Of a stretch of 64,000 bases of DNA, positions 1 to 16,905 are shown piece after piece (position 1 is the stretch's first letter; every line of letters begins with the position of its first letter). The notes below the pieces were generated by a model. It saw nothing but the letters and a program-made list of their open reading frames with translations, was not told the origin of the DNA and ran no database searches. Source of the DNA: the human T2T-CHM13v2.0 reference genome, Homo sapiens; assembly GCF_009914755.1 (NCBI RefSeq), contig NC_060926.1; one strand, given 5' to 3'. The translations under genes and the position numbers were made by a program.

Positions 1-544
1 GTCACCACGAGAAATTACTGAGGAAAAAAAAAATCTCCTTAAGGCCAGTTTATTATTTTTTTAATAAAGAGAGTAGAAATATTAATAGGAGAGATAGGAG
101 GAATTAAAAAAAAAAAACTAATCCAGCAAATGAAATAGCAAGCTGTGATTCCTGCATTCAGAAGGAAAAAAGATATTAAGAAAAAATTTTCAGGGACAGA
201 AACATTCTGGTAAATATATACTAACGAGCCTAATAGAATTTGAGAGTCAATTCATGGCTGTTAAAATTATAAAGTGAATTACAAAGACTTGTATTTCAAA
301 GGAAACAGGCACCTAGCATGATAATCACTAAACACGTGTCAATTTTCTAATTTTCAGATGTGGAAGACAGGATCCAAGGTACCTGAGTTTAAAAAAAAAA
401 AAAAAAGTCTAAAACTAATCAGCAAATTTGGAATAGAAGGATAAAAAGTGAGGGAATGAATGAACTTGTCTAATTTCCACATGATCCAATGTATGAGCAA
501 AAGAGTAACCTTAAAACAATGTTTCCTGTTACATATTCAAGACC

Positions 545-773
545 AGAGTTTCTCCACAGTGGCACTACTGACATTTTAAGCCCAATTAATAATTTGTTGT
601 TATCAGAAGGCAGAAGAATAGGGGTGAAGGAGGCTGTATCTCATGCTCTGATGTTCAGCAGCATCTCACCAGATACCAATAACATGCTCTCTTGCTGTGA
701 TTATCAGAAGTGTCTCCAGGGATTACGTACTATGTCTTGGGAAACAAAAACACTTCTGGCTGAGAACCACTGT
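545..773 (-). mobile_element. MER20 (hAT-Charlie) DNA transposon
   Basis: Ends ...tgagaaccactg (reverse complement cagtggttctca) and cagagtttctcc; internal tgtctccag and cagcagcatc motifs match the MER20 consensus. Confidence 0.75.
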
Positions 774-2464
774 TTAAGATTATAACTTTATCTCTTTTTA
801 AAAAGTAAACAAATTAAGACATTATTGTTTATTCCCTTAATACACAGAACACAAAGAACAATTATATTTTCAATCTACAGATGTTAGGCAATTTTCAATT
901 AATAATAGCACTAAGCACATCAAGAACAAAATTTTGCATGAAAAATACCTAAGTAAATTTTTTTTAAACTACTGCTTAGTTTTGTGACTCTTCAATTTTA
1001 TCCATATCCTAGTTATTGTACTAGTAACAAAAAATTTTTATATAAACTATTTAACATCAACATTAACTTTTAGCATAAAACATGAACAAATAAAAAGATA
1101 TCAAGGACATAACAATTTTTTTTTTCACAACAGAAAAAAATTTGTACATCTGAGAAGGAATTTTTGGACTTAAATTCATTAAATTTATAAAACCACCACT
1201 GAATGCTCAAAAAACAAATACATTTTTAAAGACTTAAAATAAGCACTTATTTTAGACATTGGTAATGCTGTGCAAGGACTAAGGGTGTGAATCAACAGGA
1301 CCTTGTTGGTTTGTTGAAGATCCCACAGCATAGAAAAAATTTTAGAAGTATGGGTATCATTAACAGTATCTCCACGAGGAAGACAGAAATTATAGCAGAC
1401 TTTCATTTTCTACATCACAGTGTAATATCTGAATTTTATAATACGTATTAATTAATTTGAATAAGTTACACCACATTTGCTCTTTTTAAAATTTTATTTT
1501 TTTAAGTGGTTAAAGTTATAAGGCAGTAAGAAGTTTCTGTGTAAAAAAATGAGTTCCTTTCCACATTCATTAAAAACACAAGGAATTCTTTAAGCAGAAT
1601 TTCCATGAATTGCAATCTTAAAGAATTCTGTAATGTCCAAATGTTTCAAATCATGGAAGCATGTTATTTATAAGGAATGTATAAAATATCTTTACTATGC
1701 AATCTTTCTTGATATTTTAAAAATGTCAATAAATATCACTTGTATCACTTCAATATCAAACTAAGATCTGAAGTTGAAAAAAGTTACTAACTTTAACAAT
1801 TTTTTTCAACACAGTTCTTAGTACTTTTACATTTGCTCATAATTTTTAACAAATAGAATTTCTTAAAACTATCTACTCACCTTTCATTTCAGTCGATATA
1901 TTCATAAATATTAATTTGCTTTATTTCTGTATTACACAGGTTATGTCTAAATTAATTATACAGATATTCATTAACAGAATTTTTTGGTCATGTTTCCATG
2001 GTAAATGGAAATTCAAAATTAAAATACTGTCTCCTAGTCCAGGAAGAAAAAAAAAACAGCAAATGAAACATATGACTCAACTTGATTCAACTATGAGATT
2101 ATTTGATGTTCTTGGTAAGAGTTTTAGAGAAACTTTTTTTAGTAGTGGTGTTCTGCCTTTTTAATCAAAGTCAATACTTTATCTTAGAGATGGAATTCTG
2201 TCTAACAATTCTTATTCATGCATATCTGCTCAAACTCTATTATTAAAGGTGTGCAATATTTATCAGGAACCCGTATTGCCTATTCCAAGGCAAAATGGTA
2301 TATATTCTTAATAAAAATTACTTATGTTACTGATCCTTCACTTTGGTAAATTATGCTTTCTACTTGACCCCAACAAAAACTTTAGATTCACTTTAAGAAT
2401 ATTTCTGGATATGTCAGGAATAAAAATGAAATTCATTCTAACAGTGTGATATTTTAAAAATTAC

Positions 2465-2624
2465 CTTCTCCTAAACGCTTCCAGATGTGTCTTCAGCATA
2501 AGGAGTCCTCTTTCTATAACCATGAGACTTGAGTGTGATTCCTGTTCAAGACTGCTAGAAGCTATCATAAGACTCTCCATGCACTTACTAATAAATTCTT
2601 GCTCCTTCTCCAAACCTGTTTTAC
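2465..2624 (-). CDS. USP34: USP34 coding exon (~exon 25), 160 nt, GKTGLEKEQEFISKCMESLMIASSSLEQESHSSLMVIERGLLMLKTHLEAFRRR
   Basis: ORF track 2461..2649; ggctttcag|GT acceptor; AAG|gtaatt donor. Confidence 0.96.
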
Positions 2625-2754
2625 CTGAAAGCCAAATGTTTAGACACATATATTAGCCTTATATTCTTGTTTAGCTATATCAAAGAAAAATTTTAGTTTC
2701 ACAAAACACCCTCACATAGAAATTACCTATCAGACAATGTTTCAAATCACTTAC

Positions 2755-2854
2755 CATTAATATAATAGGAGTTAATATACTGGATAGCTGCTCGACTGAC
2801 ATCACCAGATTGTGCTCTTAAAGCAATGCCCCAAAATTGGTCCATACCACACAG
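2755..2854 (-). CDS. USP34: USP34 coding exon (~exon 24), 100 nt, LCGMDQFWGIALRAQSGDVSRAAIQYINSYYIN
   Basis: ttctttcttag|CTG acceptor; ATG|gtaagt donor. Confidence 0.96.
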
Positions 2855-3254
2855 CTAAGAAAGAAAAATATGGTATCTCTAAATTTTGTTTGTCAAACTA
2901 TGTAACTCATTAAGACTGAAGTATCAAAAGTAAAAATCATAGGCAACTCCTATTATTCAGCTATTAAATAATAAAAATAAATGATTTAAAAATTTCCTCA
3001 ATTGATGAAATACACCTGTACTAGTTCTAAAAAATATTTATACAGCAGATAACAATATATACATGTTTAACTCACAAGTTGTGACTACATAGTACGAAAA
3101 TTCTAGTCCTGAAAAACATACTATAAAGGAATAAAACCAACACAATAACGAGCACAATGCTTCAATGAATCCATCCAACCTAAACTGAGAAAACCACTGC
3201 TTTCTTGTATTCACAGAAAATTAACAACATATGCTAACTCAAGTTCTCACCCAA

Positions 3255-3554
3255 TTTTTTTTTTTTTTTGAGAACAGAGTCTCACTCACTTGCCCAGGCT
3301 GGAGTGCAGTGGCGCAATCTTGGCTCACTGCAACCTCTGCCTCCCAGGTTTCCAAGGATTCTCATGCCTTAGCCTCCTAAGTAGCTGGGATTACAGGCAT
3401 GCGCCACAACATCTGGCTAATTTTTTTGTATTTTAGTAGAGACAGGGTTTCACCATGTTGGCCAGGCTGGTCTCGAACTCCCAACCTCAGCTGATCCACC
3501 CGCCTCAGCCTCTCAAAGAGGTGGAATTACAGGTGTGAGCCACTGCGTCCAGCC
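3255..3554 (-). mobile_element. AluS
   Basis: poly-T followed by reverse-complement Alu dimer. Confidence 0.92.
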
Positions 3555-3797
3555 TCATTCAAATTTATGATGTCAACCATGAGATGACAACAAAAAATGT
3601 TTTCACTAAAAACTACAGAAAAAGTGGCGAGTGGAAGCTTCCAAAAGTTGGGCAGAGTAAAGAAAGATTTCCTTCTAAATTGGCAGCTAAACAACTTTAG
3701 TGTTAATGTCACCTACTTTAAAAAGGTAAACTTATTTCATAACAGAGCACGACTACTTCAGTTGTCTGAAATTACCAAATTGAAAATTATCATAGTG

Positions 3798-4115
<318 letters not shown>

Positions 4116-4182
4116 TCAGACAAGAAAAGAAGGCAGTAGGAAAATAAAATAAAAGCATTTTAGATACAATTAAAATTATTCT

Positions 4183-4475
<293 letters not shown>

Positions 4476-4478
4476 TCA

Positions 4479-4785
<307 letters not shown>

Positions 4786-5048
4786 ATTTTTAAAAATAAT
4801 TCTTTTTCCTTTTTAAAAAAATTTCCCCAAACTTGCTAAGAGATACAAGTATTCTTTTTTCTTCAGATGGAGTCTTGCTTTGTTGCCCAGGCTGAACCAA
4901 ATGGCATAAAAATCATATCTGAGACAAATCAATCTTTTATTTGAAGTAAAATATTTGGCTGTATTATCTAGGAATGTCTAGGAGACTCAAAGAACACTGA
5001 CATGGCCACTTCTTTATAAATCAAGAAACATGTAATAGATTTTCATTA

Positions 5049-5442
<394 letters not shown>

Positions 5443-5533
5443 CTATACTTTGTAGAAAAATAATTTGGAAACCGAATTTGATAATCTAATTTGAGGAATA
5501 AAGTTGCCTAATAAAGTAAGTCTAAATCCATAC

Positions 5534-5647
5534 CTCAGAATTTGAACAACCATCATAGGCACTGGTAGCCAATCGAGCCAAGTTACAGAGATGCTGAAAC
5601 AGGTTTAAGCCAGTCATGCTAATTGTTTCAGGTTTTAGCTGGGGCAT
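5534..5647 (-). CDS. USP34: USP34 coding exon (~exon 23), 114 nt, MPQLKPETISMTGLNLFQHLCNLARLATSAYDGCSNSE
   Basis: cccttccaaag|ATG acceptor (AAG type); GAG|gtatgg donor. Confidence 0.96.
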
Positions 5648-5804
5648 CTTTGGAAGGGTAGGGGGAAACACAAAGCTAATTTAGTGTGGTAATTCACAGA
5701 TTTTATTAAATTTAAATAAACTTTACTGAAAACACTGTAGAAGGAAACAGATCAGTTTGAATTTTTAGTGATAATTTTAAAAAATAAAAATATATAATAA
5801 TTTT

Positions 5805-6088
<284 letters not shown>

Positions 6089-7053
6089 TGAAAATATATA
6101 TGTGATTTAATGAACATTTTATTCAGGTAATAACTGAAATGTGTCTGATACAGGCTTCAATTTTGAAGATGTACATAGACCCAAATCAGAGGACATAAAT
6201 AAAGACAACTATCATGCATTGTATACCTATACTAAACAAACTTATGAGAGGTATAGCTACAAGTACAGTTTTTGTTAAAGTCAGAGGTCGAAATTTAAGA
6301 TGGCAAAAGTTATATTTGTAGCTCTGTCTTGGGTCTGTTAAGTGATTTAGTTTATACACACTAAAACTCATTCATATATATACTCAGTTCCAACATGGAG
6401 ATAACGTCACACTTTGCAGAGAGACTTCATAATCTCAAAAATAAGCATAAAAAAGTCTTACTGCATTATTTTCACTGAGTTTCAAAATTCAATTGGGAAT
6501 AGTTCATTCAGAAAAATGTCACCTGAACTGTGGCATGTGGTAAAGAAGAAGAAAAATTGGAACATCTTTACGATAATGACAACACTTCTTAATATGCCTT
6601 CCCACAATCTACACATCTGGAGAATGGCTTATCTTTGCCCAAAAGACTGACTGCAATGACAGTTATTTAAATCATGAAGAGTCACAGAAAACAGCTCTCA
6701 CACTTGTGGGTGTGGGCACCACCCCTGAAAATTGGACTACAATATTACTGATTATTTCAAAAAAACAAACACTAAGAAAATTAGTGCTGCCTTCAAAAGT
6801 TATTGTAATTGTTGAATTATTGTAGCTAATAGAACATTTTTATAAATATAAACTATTAATTTAGAGGTAAACAGTGTAAACAACAAAATTAGAGCACAAT
6901 CTGACCAAAAATTATATTAGGACTGCTAAAATTCATTACATTTGGCTACTTAAAAAAACTGTCAAAAAAAAAAAGGCATTACAGAATTCGTATTTCAAGA
7001 GATGAAAAAGGGAACATGGAAAAATAATAACAAACTGAGAGAAATGTAATTAC

Positions 7054-7208
7054 CTTCTCCAGGAAAAGATGTTTGTAGGTTTCCATACCCATAGCATGTT
7101 GATCTTTACTTCGAACTTGATTTAAAAACCAATGGAGTGCATCATCATAACATTCAGAATCTTCTACTAAACAATGCCATAAGATGTCAACTTGCTCTAA
7201 ACTTAACC
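7054..7208 (-). CDS. USP34: USP34 coding exon (~exon 22), 155 nt, RLSLEQVDILWHCLVEDSECYDDALHWFLNQVRSKDQHAMGMETYKHLFLEK
   Basis: ttttatctag|GG acceptor; AAG|gtaatt donor. Confidence 0.96.
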
Positions 7209-7285
7209 CTAGATAAAAATTATAAATTTTATACTTTATTAACTACATACAAAAAAATTAAACTTCTCTTAGGCATGTGTATGTA

Positions 7286-8423
7286 CAGTAAGTCCTCACT
7301 TAACACAGATAGGTTCTTGGAAATTGCAATTTTAATTGAAATGATGCATAATGAAACTAACTTTACCATATGTTAATTGATATAAATAAGAGTTATGTTC
7401 CTACAGCATATTTATGATTAAAAAAAAAAAAAAGAATCACAGCAGCCAGGTGAAGTGGCTCCCATCTGTAATCCTAGCACTTTGGGAGGCCGAGGTGGGT
7501 GGACTGCCTGAGCTTGGGAGATCCAGACCAGCCTGGCCAACATGGTGAAACGCTGCCTCTATTAAAATACAAAAAATTAGCTGGGCATGGTGGCGTGTGC
7601 CTGTAATCTCAGTTACTCAGGAGGCTGAGACAGGAGAATTGCTTGAACCTGGGAGGTGAAGGTTGCAGTGATACAAGATCGGCCACTGCACTCCAGCCAG
7701 GGCAACAGCGCGAGATTCCATCTCAAAAAAACCAAAAAAAATTCACTAAACTTTCTTATTTAGAAGTTAACACTTTGAATATTAAACACTGGAATAAATG
7801 TGAGCTATATATACATTTAAGAAAGATTAATACAAACCACTAAGATAGTTATTTATCCAGTTTTTGGCGAATCGGTGGTGGTAGATGAAATCAAGGACTA
7901 AATGGTTACAAATTAAACACACTAAGGAGCACTTCCTACCACCAGACAGTTTAAACACAAACAATAACAAATTCAGTGGGCTCGCTTTTGTACCACATCA
8001 TTTATGGCTATGCATTTCTACGAATATGATAGAGCTTACAAATTTCTATGTTACAATTTGTATTCATTCATTTGCTCATTTTCCAACTCGCTTATTCCAG
8101 TTCAGGGTTGTGGGTGGCCAAATCGTATCCCAGCATCTCAGGGACTAGTATCTTAAGGACAGGGCAGTAACTAACCTTGACCAGGAAGCCATTCCATTGC
8201 AGATTGCCCTCATACACACACCCATACTCATTCAGATTGGGATCATTTAGACATGCCAATGAATCCACAGTGCATGTCTTTGGGATGTGGGAGGAAACCA
8301 GGGTACCCAGAGAAAACCCATGCAGACATGGGGAGAATGTGTAAATTCTGCACAGGCAGTGGCCCGGGCCAGGAATCAGTTTTTTTCCTCATTAATGTTA
8401 AAACATTATTTGATGACCTACTG
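7286..8423 (-). mobile_element. MER6 (TcMar-Tigger) with internal V-SINE-like segment, split by an Alu
   Basis: TA|cagtaagtcctcac ... tgatgacctactg|TA terminal inverted repeats with TA target duplication; internal gggatgtgggaggaaaccagggtacccagagaaaacccatgcagacatggggagaa. Confidence 0.85.
7444..7741 (+). mobile_element. AluS inserted in MER6
   Basis: Full dimer with aatcac/attcac flanking duplication. Confidence 0.9.
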
Positions 8424-8466
8424 TAGTTTATTTATATAAAAGTGTATAAAATATTTACTATCTCAT

Positions 8467-9372
<906 letters not shown>

Positions 9373-9827
9373 CTATCTCAATAAGTATTTCTTATGTCAT
9401 CCTATTTGTAAAATTTAAAATCACATTCATACAACATTTTGGCCCTAAATGAATGTACCAGAAACACCAATATAGCCAGAAACACAAAGGAGATATCTTA
9501 CAGCCTTTTACAAGTATTTAATACGAATTTTCACATAATTTATGTTTTTAAAATGTAGTTTAAGATAACCCATATGTAAATCACCTAAAAATACACAACT
9601 TACGAAGTATTCTCAAAGAACCCATTTAGGAAGAAAATTCTTCTCCCTAAAATAGGAGCACATCCGTATAATAGTAAAAATGATTGGGGGAGGTAATCCT
9701 AAAAATTGAGGAATCAGTGGTTAAGGTTTGAGTATTATAAATAGAGTGTATACCATGTTCAAAGGTCATTCTCTGTATATAGGAGATAAATAAGTAAGCA
9801 TTATTTTTGTAAAATATGAAAAAAGGA

Positions 9828-10203
<376 letters not shown>

Positions 10204-10977
10204 TCAGAGGACATAATCAGCTAGGGAGTCAGGCTAATGAGAGAAAATCTGTACTGTACCCAATTATTATTAAAGGATGCCCCAGTGTGGCAGAAGACAG
10301 ACGAACTATTCAGAACAAAAGGGAAGGCATTATAGGCAATCACAAGTACGAGTATGAAAAAAATTAGACAGTCCAAAAGGTTAGAACAAAACATCCCAGG
10401 GATTTCTGAAGTACATTTTAAGAGGTTCCAAACCCTGGGGTGGTGCCCTAGAACCAGAAGGGGCATGATGGTATGGTACCATCAAAAGAAATTTCTTTTA
10501 TTGGGAAAAGTAGATGAAATGACAAAATACAGAAAAATTCCTCAGAAATATTCACCCTAGTAGCAGTATCAGTCTAAAGAGTTTTATCAGAAAAAAGTTA
10601 TCCTATCAGTTTCTCACTGAAACAGTTAATGTGTAGATTATTTGTTCTGAGAACTTGTGCCCATAGAAGCAAATATAAATAAACCCAAAACAATTTTAGT
10701 ATATATCAGAACTTAAACACATTAATTAAGGAGAACAAGATAAAGAGTATCCAGGTTAATTATAGTCAACTAAATAAAAAAACAGAAGTATATCCATAAT
10801 TGGCTGAATCACCAATCCACATTCAATGAGCAACTTAAACACTTTTGTTATTTTTTAAAAGACTATAGTTATTGTCATATTGAAAATCAGTATTAAAATA
10901 TTGGATGTAATTACATATAACTTTGAAGTAACTTCGTTATGGGTAACAGGAACTGTGCCAATAAGAGAAGTACAACC

Positions 10978-11490
10978 AGCCATGCACAGTAGTCTGAGGC
11001 CTGTAATCCTAGCACTTTGGGAAGGTAAGGCAGGAGGATCGCTTGAGTCCATGAGTTTCAGACCAGGCTGGGCAACATAATGAGACTCTGTACAAATAAT
11101 TTAAAAATTAGGCTGGGCGCAGCGGCTCACGCCTGTAATCCCACCACTTTGGGAGGCCGAGGCGGGCGGATCACGAGGTCAGGAGATCGAGACCATCCTG
11201 GCTAACACGGTGAAACCCCGTCTCTACTAAAAATACAAAAAAAAGTTAGCTGGGTGTGGTGGTGGGCGCCTATAGTCCCAGCTTACTTGGGAGGCTGAGG
11301 CAAGAGAATGGCGTGAACCTGGGAGGCAGAGCTTGCAGGGAGCCGAGATTGTGCCACTGCACTCCAGCCTGGGCAACAGAGCAAGACTCCGCCTCAAAAA
11401 AAAAAAAAAAAAAAATAGCCAGGTATGGTGATGTGCACCTATGGTCCCAGCTACTCTGGAGACTGAGGTGGGAGGATCACTTGGAGGGCA
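10978..11490 (+). mobile_element. AluJ with an AluY (11111-11415) nested in its linker
   Basis: AluY diagnostics gagatcgagaccatcctggctaacacgg and gaatggcgtgaacc between the J left and right arms. Confidence 0.88.
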
Positions 11491-12373
11491 GGTGAAGTGG
11501 TGGGGAGAACAGCCATGATGTGGGAGAAGTGAAGTTTTAGATTTGATACTATCTGGACAGTAGCTATTGTCTATTGTAAATTCTCAGAGAATCTATACTG
11601 TGTATAATAAATATGAAACTTAAATGTTCATGGTATCTATGTTGACTATATGTGTTTTAGTTTGACTTCTCCCTATAGATTGGTTTTGCTGTATTTTACT
11701 TATTTCTTGAATGTTATCAGTCATAATGGGTCAATAAATGACGTAATAACACGAAAGAGAAATTTCCTACCAAAATCAGGTCGCTTATTTTTGAAATCTG
11801 TTATCCCAGTGTTGCTGGCATTTGTTACAAATAGTTTGAAAAGAAAAAAGAAACAGACTTTAAATAACAAGATAAACACAGTATATCTCAAGCATAGGTA
11901 TGGACTTGAAAAGAGTCATGACGACTCCTAGCAAGACAGCCATCAGGCTGACAATATATTAACCACAGTTAAAGAGACAATGTCCTTCTAAAAAATAAGG
12001 TTTGACATTGACACACAGAAAAAGAAGAATGTAGAGAGTAAAGGATGACAGTCAGTATATGAAGGAAAAAGGAGCTTTGGCTAACAGAAATCAAGCTCGT
12101 TCCTCTCTTGTGAGACCATCTATAACCACATGGATTTGGATATGGTACACAACCTGAATATAACAGACCAAGCTCTACTTTTAAAAAATTAACTGTTAAC
12201 GAAACTGAGTTTAAAGTCAAACTAAATAAAACTGGGGCCTCTAAATGTCTCCATCACCCATAAAGCCAAGTGATTTTCAAAAGATTAGCCCTGATAATAA
12301 TACATAAATAATACCTATCTCCAACCAAAGGGACAGCAAGATTCTACAAGCAAAAATAATAAAAGATGCAGTC

Positions 12374-12668
12374 AGCCAGGTGCAGTGACACACTGGTAAT
12401 CCTAGCACTTTGGGAGGCCAAGGCAGGAAGACTGTTTGGGCCCATGAGTTTGAGACCAGCCTGGGCAACACAGTGAAACCCTATCTCTATGAAAATTTTA
12501 AAAAAATTAGCTGGCTATGGTGGTGCATAGTCCCACGTTACTGAGGAGGCTAAGGTGGGATGACTGCTTGAGCCGGGGAGGTCAACAGCTGCAATGAGCT
12601 GTGATCGCATCACTGAACTCCAGCCTGGGAGACAGTGTGAGACCATGTCTCAAAAAAGAAAGAGAAAA
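12374..12668 (+). mobile_element. AluJ
   Basis: Diverged dimer with J diagnostics. Confidence 0.88.
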
Positions 12669-12787
12669 GGTCTTATAGAACTAAAAAAAAATTTTTAATT
12701 TATTTAAAGTGCAAACAATCTCAATTACTTTAATAAATTATCTAAATGTTGGTATAATTTATAAATGTATTAAGAATAATCACTGCA

Positions 12788-13172
12788 GCAGCCATGAAAA
12801 AAGAATGAAATCATGTCCTTTGCAGCAACATAAATGGAACTGAAGGCCATTATTCTAAGTGAACTAACTCAGAAACAGAAAACCAAATACCGTACATTCT
12901 TGCTTGTAAGCAGGAGCTAAACAATGGGTACACATGGACATACAGATGAAACTAACAGACACTGGAGTCTCCAAAAGGGGATATGGCAGGAACAGGATAA
13001 GGGATGAAAAATAAACTATCGGGTACAATGTTCACTATTTGAGTAATGGGTACACAAGAAGCCCAATCCCTACCAGTACGCAATACTGGTAGGGATTTGT
13101 TACAATACCCTGTAACAAACATACATGTGCCCACTGACTCTAAAATTAAATTAAACTAAAAAAAAAAAAAAA
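12788..13172 (+). mobile_element. L1 3' end (L1PB-like) with poly-A tail
   Basis: aatgaaatcatgtcctttgcagcaaca...gggtacaatgttcactattt...A tail; actgcag flanking duplication. Confidence 0.85.
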
Positions 13173-13255
13173 CTGCAGAAATCAGAAGCAAAAGTAAATT
13201 TAGTTCTTCCAATAGTCAAAACAGATTTTTAAAAAGTACTGATTAAAAAACTTAC

Positions 13256-13338
13256 TGAAATGATCAGGTGATCCCAGAGTTGAAAATACACAAGTCAAGA
13301 ATTGAAGACGAACTTGAACTTCAGCACTATGGCTGTAC
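13256..13338 (-). CDS. USP34: USP34 coding exon (~exon 21), 83 nt, YSHSAEVQVRLQFLTCVFSTLGSPDHF
   Basis: aattatag|GTA acceptor; TCA|gtaagt donor. Confidence 0.95.
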
Positions 13339-14071
13339 CTATAATTTAAAAGTCATTAAAATAATTAAATATCCTATTTCTTAATTACTTTTAAAAATTT
13401 AGTGGTCCTATGCATAACTTATACCAAAAATTGTTTTAATAATTCATAATTATTTTAACTAAGTATCTTTGGTTACACGAAAGAAGTTCATAAAGGCAAA
13501 ACAAAAAAATTTATACTATTTAATAAATTACACAAATCTCAAAACTACAACAAAGTTTACTTTCAAATTACATAAGAAAGCACACAAAAATTCAACAGTG
13601 AAGCAGAGGAAGTATGTCATTTTAAAAGTATGTAACACACACATAAGTTAGAATAGGCAACAAGTAAAAAACACCATCTCTATCTAAAAAGTACATACTT
13701 CATATCATAGTCCCTTTAGTGATAATATATTCTGTACCCAAGAAACACTAATAAAATAATATTTCCATAAATCTAGTTCATGAAAAGTAGAGCTGATACA
13801 AAATTTGTATTTTTGAATGTTATTTCCAATCTAAATAATTATAATTCACATGCATAAAATTTGATGCTTAATAAAAAAGTTGCTTTTGAAACTTTTAAAG
13901 AAGCAACTTTTAGTGAGGTAGGGTAGGAGATGAGTCTGAATAGATCAACAAGAGACAGACTGTGGTCGGCCCCAAAGTCAGAAAGAAGAGATAGAAAAGG
14001 AAGTCAGGGAAGAGTGCTGGTGAGTGGGGGTGAGGGGACCATGTTTGGGGTGGAGGTAATCATCAGGTTTG

Positions 14072-14404
<333 letters not shown>

Positions 14405-14519
14405 CAGGTTTGCATTTTAAAAGGATTCCTTTCCTTTGGCAACCCCAGTGAACTGCATATTTAACTGTGTCTATAATATCACATTCTAGTTCAAGTACTT
14501 GAGCACTCAATGAAACTAA

Positions 14520-14969
<450 letters not shown>

Positions 14970-15899
14970 GGCATCTTAATTCAATGTCCTGTAATCCACA
15001 AGTAAGAGCAAAATTTTAACAGCATCCCAAAATTAGCTTCCCAAAATCGCACTAAATTCATTACTGAAGTTTTAAAGCTTAAGTTTTCTGAAGACTGAGT
15101 TCACTGGACATGCCTTTGCTGCTCTTTAGGGTCTCTTATTAATGCTGGCAAAGAAAAGATTAACTTTTGCCTCATTAATGCTGCACTCACCTTTGTGAAA
15201 GTGAAAATACATATGACGAGATGTAGGGGAGAGGAAATCTGATAAGCAACTCTCAGACTATAAGGCAACCCAGATAAAATTCAAGAACAGCTAGCTCTTA
15301 AGGGCTTCTAGGCTTTTTAAGTTAAACAACAAGGGATTTTGTAGCAGAGGCCTTGAGTACAAATTCAAAAATGAGTTGTATGACCCATCAGTTCTGCGGT
15401 TTTACGTTACTGTATCCTCTTGCCTTGTCTATGGGACATCAATCAAACATAAAAGGAGAATAAAGTCTTGCCCTTTACTAAGTGCCTTTACATCTGAAAT
15501 AATTCTTCCCCTATACTTGCATCTCGGAATAAGGGACTAATAACCCTGAAGGCATGGGTCTAGTCCCTTTGTACTCCCACAGTATAGCCCCGATGCTGCA
15601 CTTCAAAGATCTCTGTGGGCTCCATCAGGGTCCTATGGGCTGCTGAAACCACCAGTGAGAAAAATTCCTTGGGATGTCAGACAAAGATGGTATCAATATT
15701 GACAAATTCTCATGGGCTTGTCCATGGCTTCTGACATCACAGGAAATACAGGACAAAAACAGTCTCCCCAAAGATATGAAACTTTAGTAACAGATTACTG
15801 CCTTAAAAGAAAATCTCTTTGTAGCCTCCACAGACAAGATATTCTCTAGAGGGCACTGGATTCAGGAAACACGTAATATGTCCTTTTAAGAACATACTA

Positions 15900-16221
<322 letters not shown>

Positions 16222-16905
16222 TCAAAAAACAAAAATTACAAAATGAAAAAATAAAAATATCATCTTTCATGCTACAAGAATCTTTTTCCCCCCTCGGTGA
16301 AAAATTTCAGAACTTTCCTATTTTAATCTCCACTGGAAAAAAAATACTGAAATAAGTATGCATGAACAAAGAGTAGCAAATGTACACTTGTTTTACAGCC
16401 TGAAGGAATAGGGAAATTGTATCAAAATAGTCCAGACAACATCTCTCTGTTCTAAGAGTTTTATTCTCCTAGGATGGCAGCCAACAAGGCAGATTGAAAG
16501 GTTGGAAAGATTATTCTAGTATACCCTAAAAACACATCTCCAAGGAGCCCTACTCCTTTTTCACCACAGAAGCAATGCTTTGCTCACCTCTGATTCCACT
16601 AACAAAGTGAGTAACTTCACTGTTGTCAATGCAGTGAACAACTAAGTCTCAGACCTATGTTCCTTTTTGATACTTAACGTTGGACTTTCTCTTTACGAGG
16701 ATGATTCACTTTATGACTTCCATTTCCCTTTCACTATGCCTCTCAAGTCCTGCTCTTCAAGTCCACAGGCTTACAGCTGTGGTGGGAGCTCTTTTATAAC
16801 CTAGTGTTTATTTCTTTGCTGACAAGTAATTAACTCCCCATCTCCTAATAAAAATGTGGGCCATGTGTGGTTTTATTTCTGCTCTTTGTTGATCCTATGA
16901 TTTTT

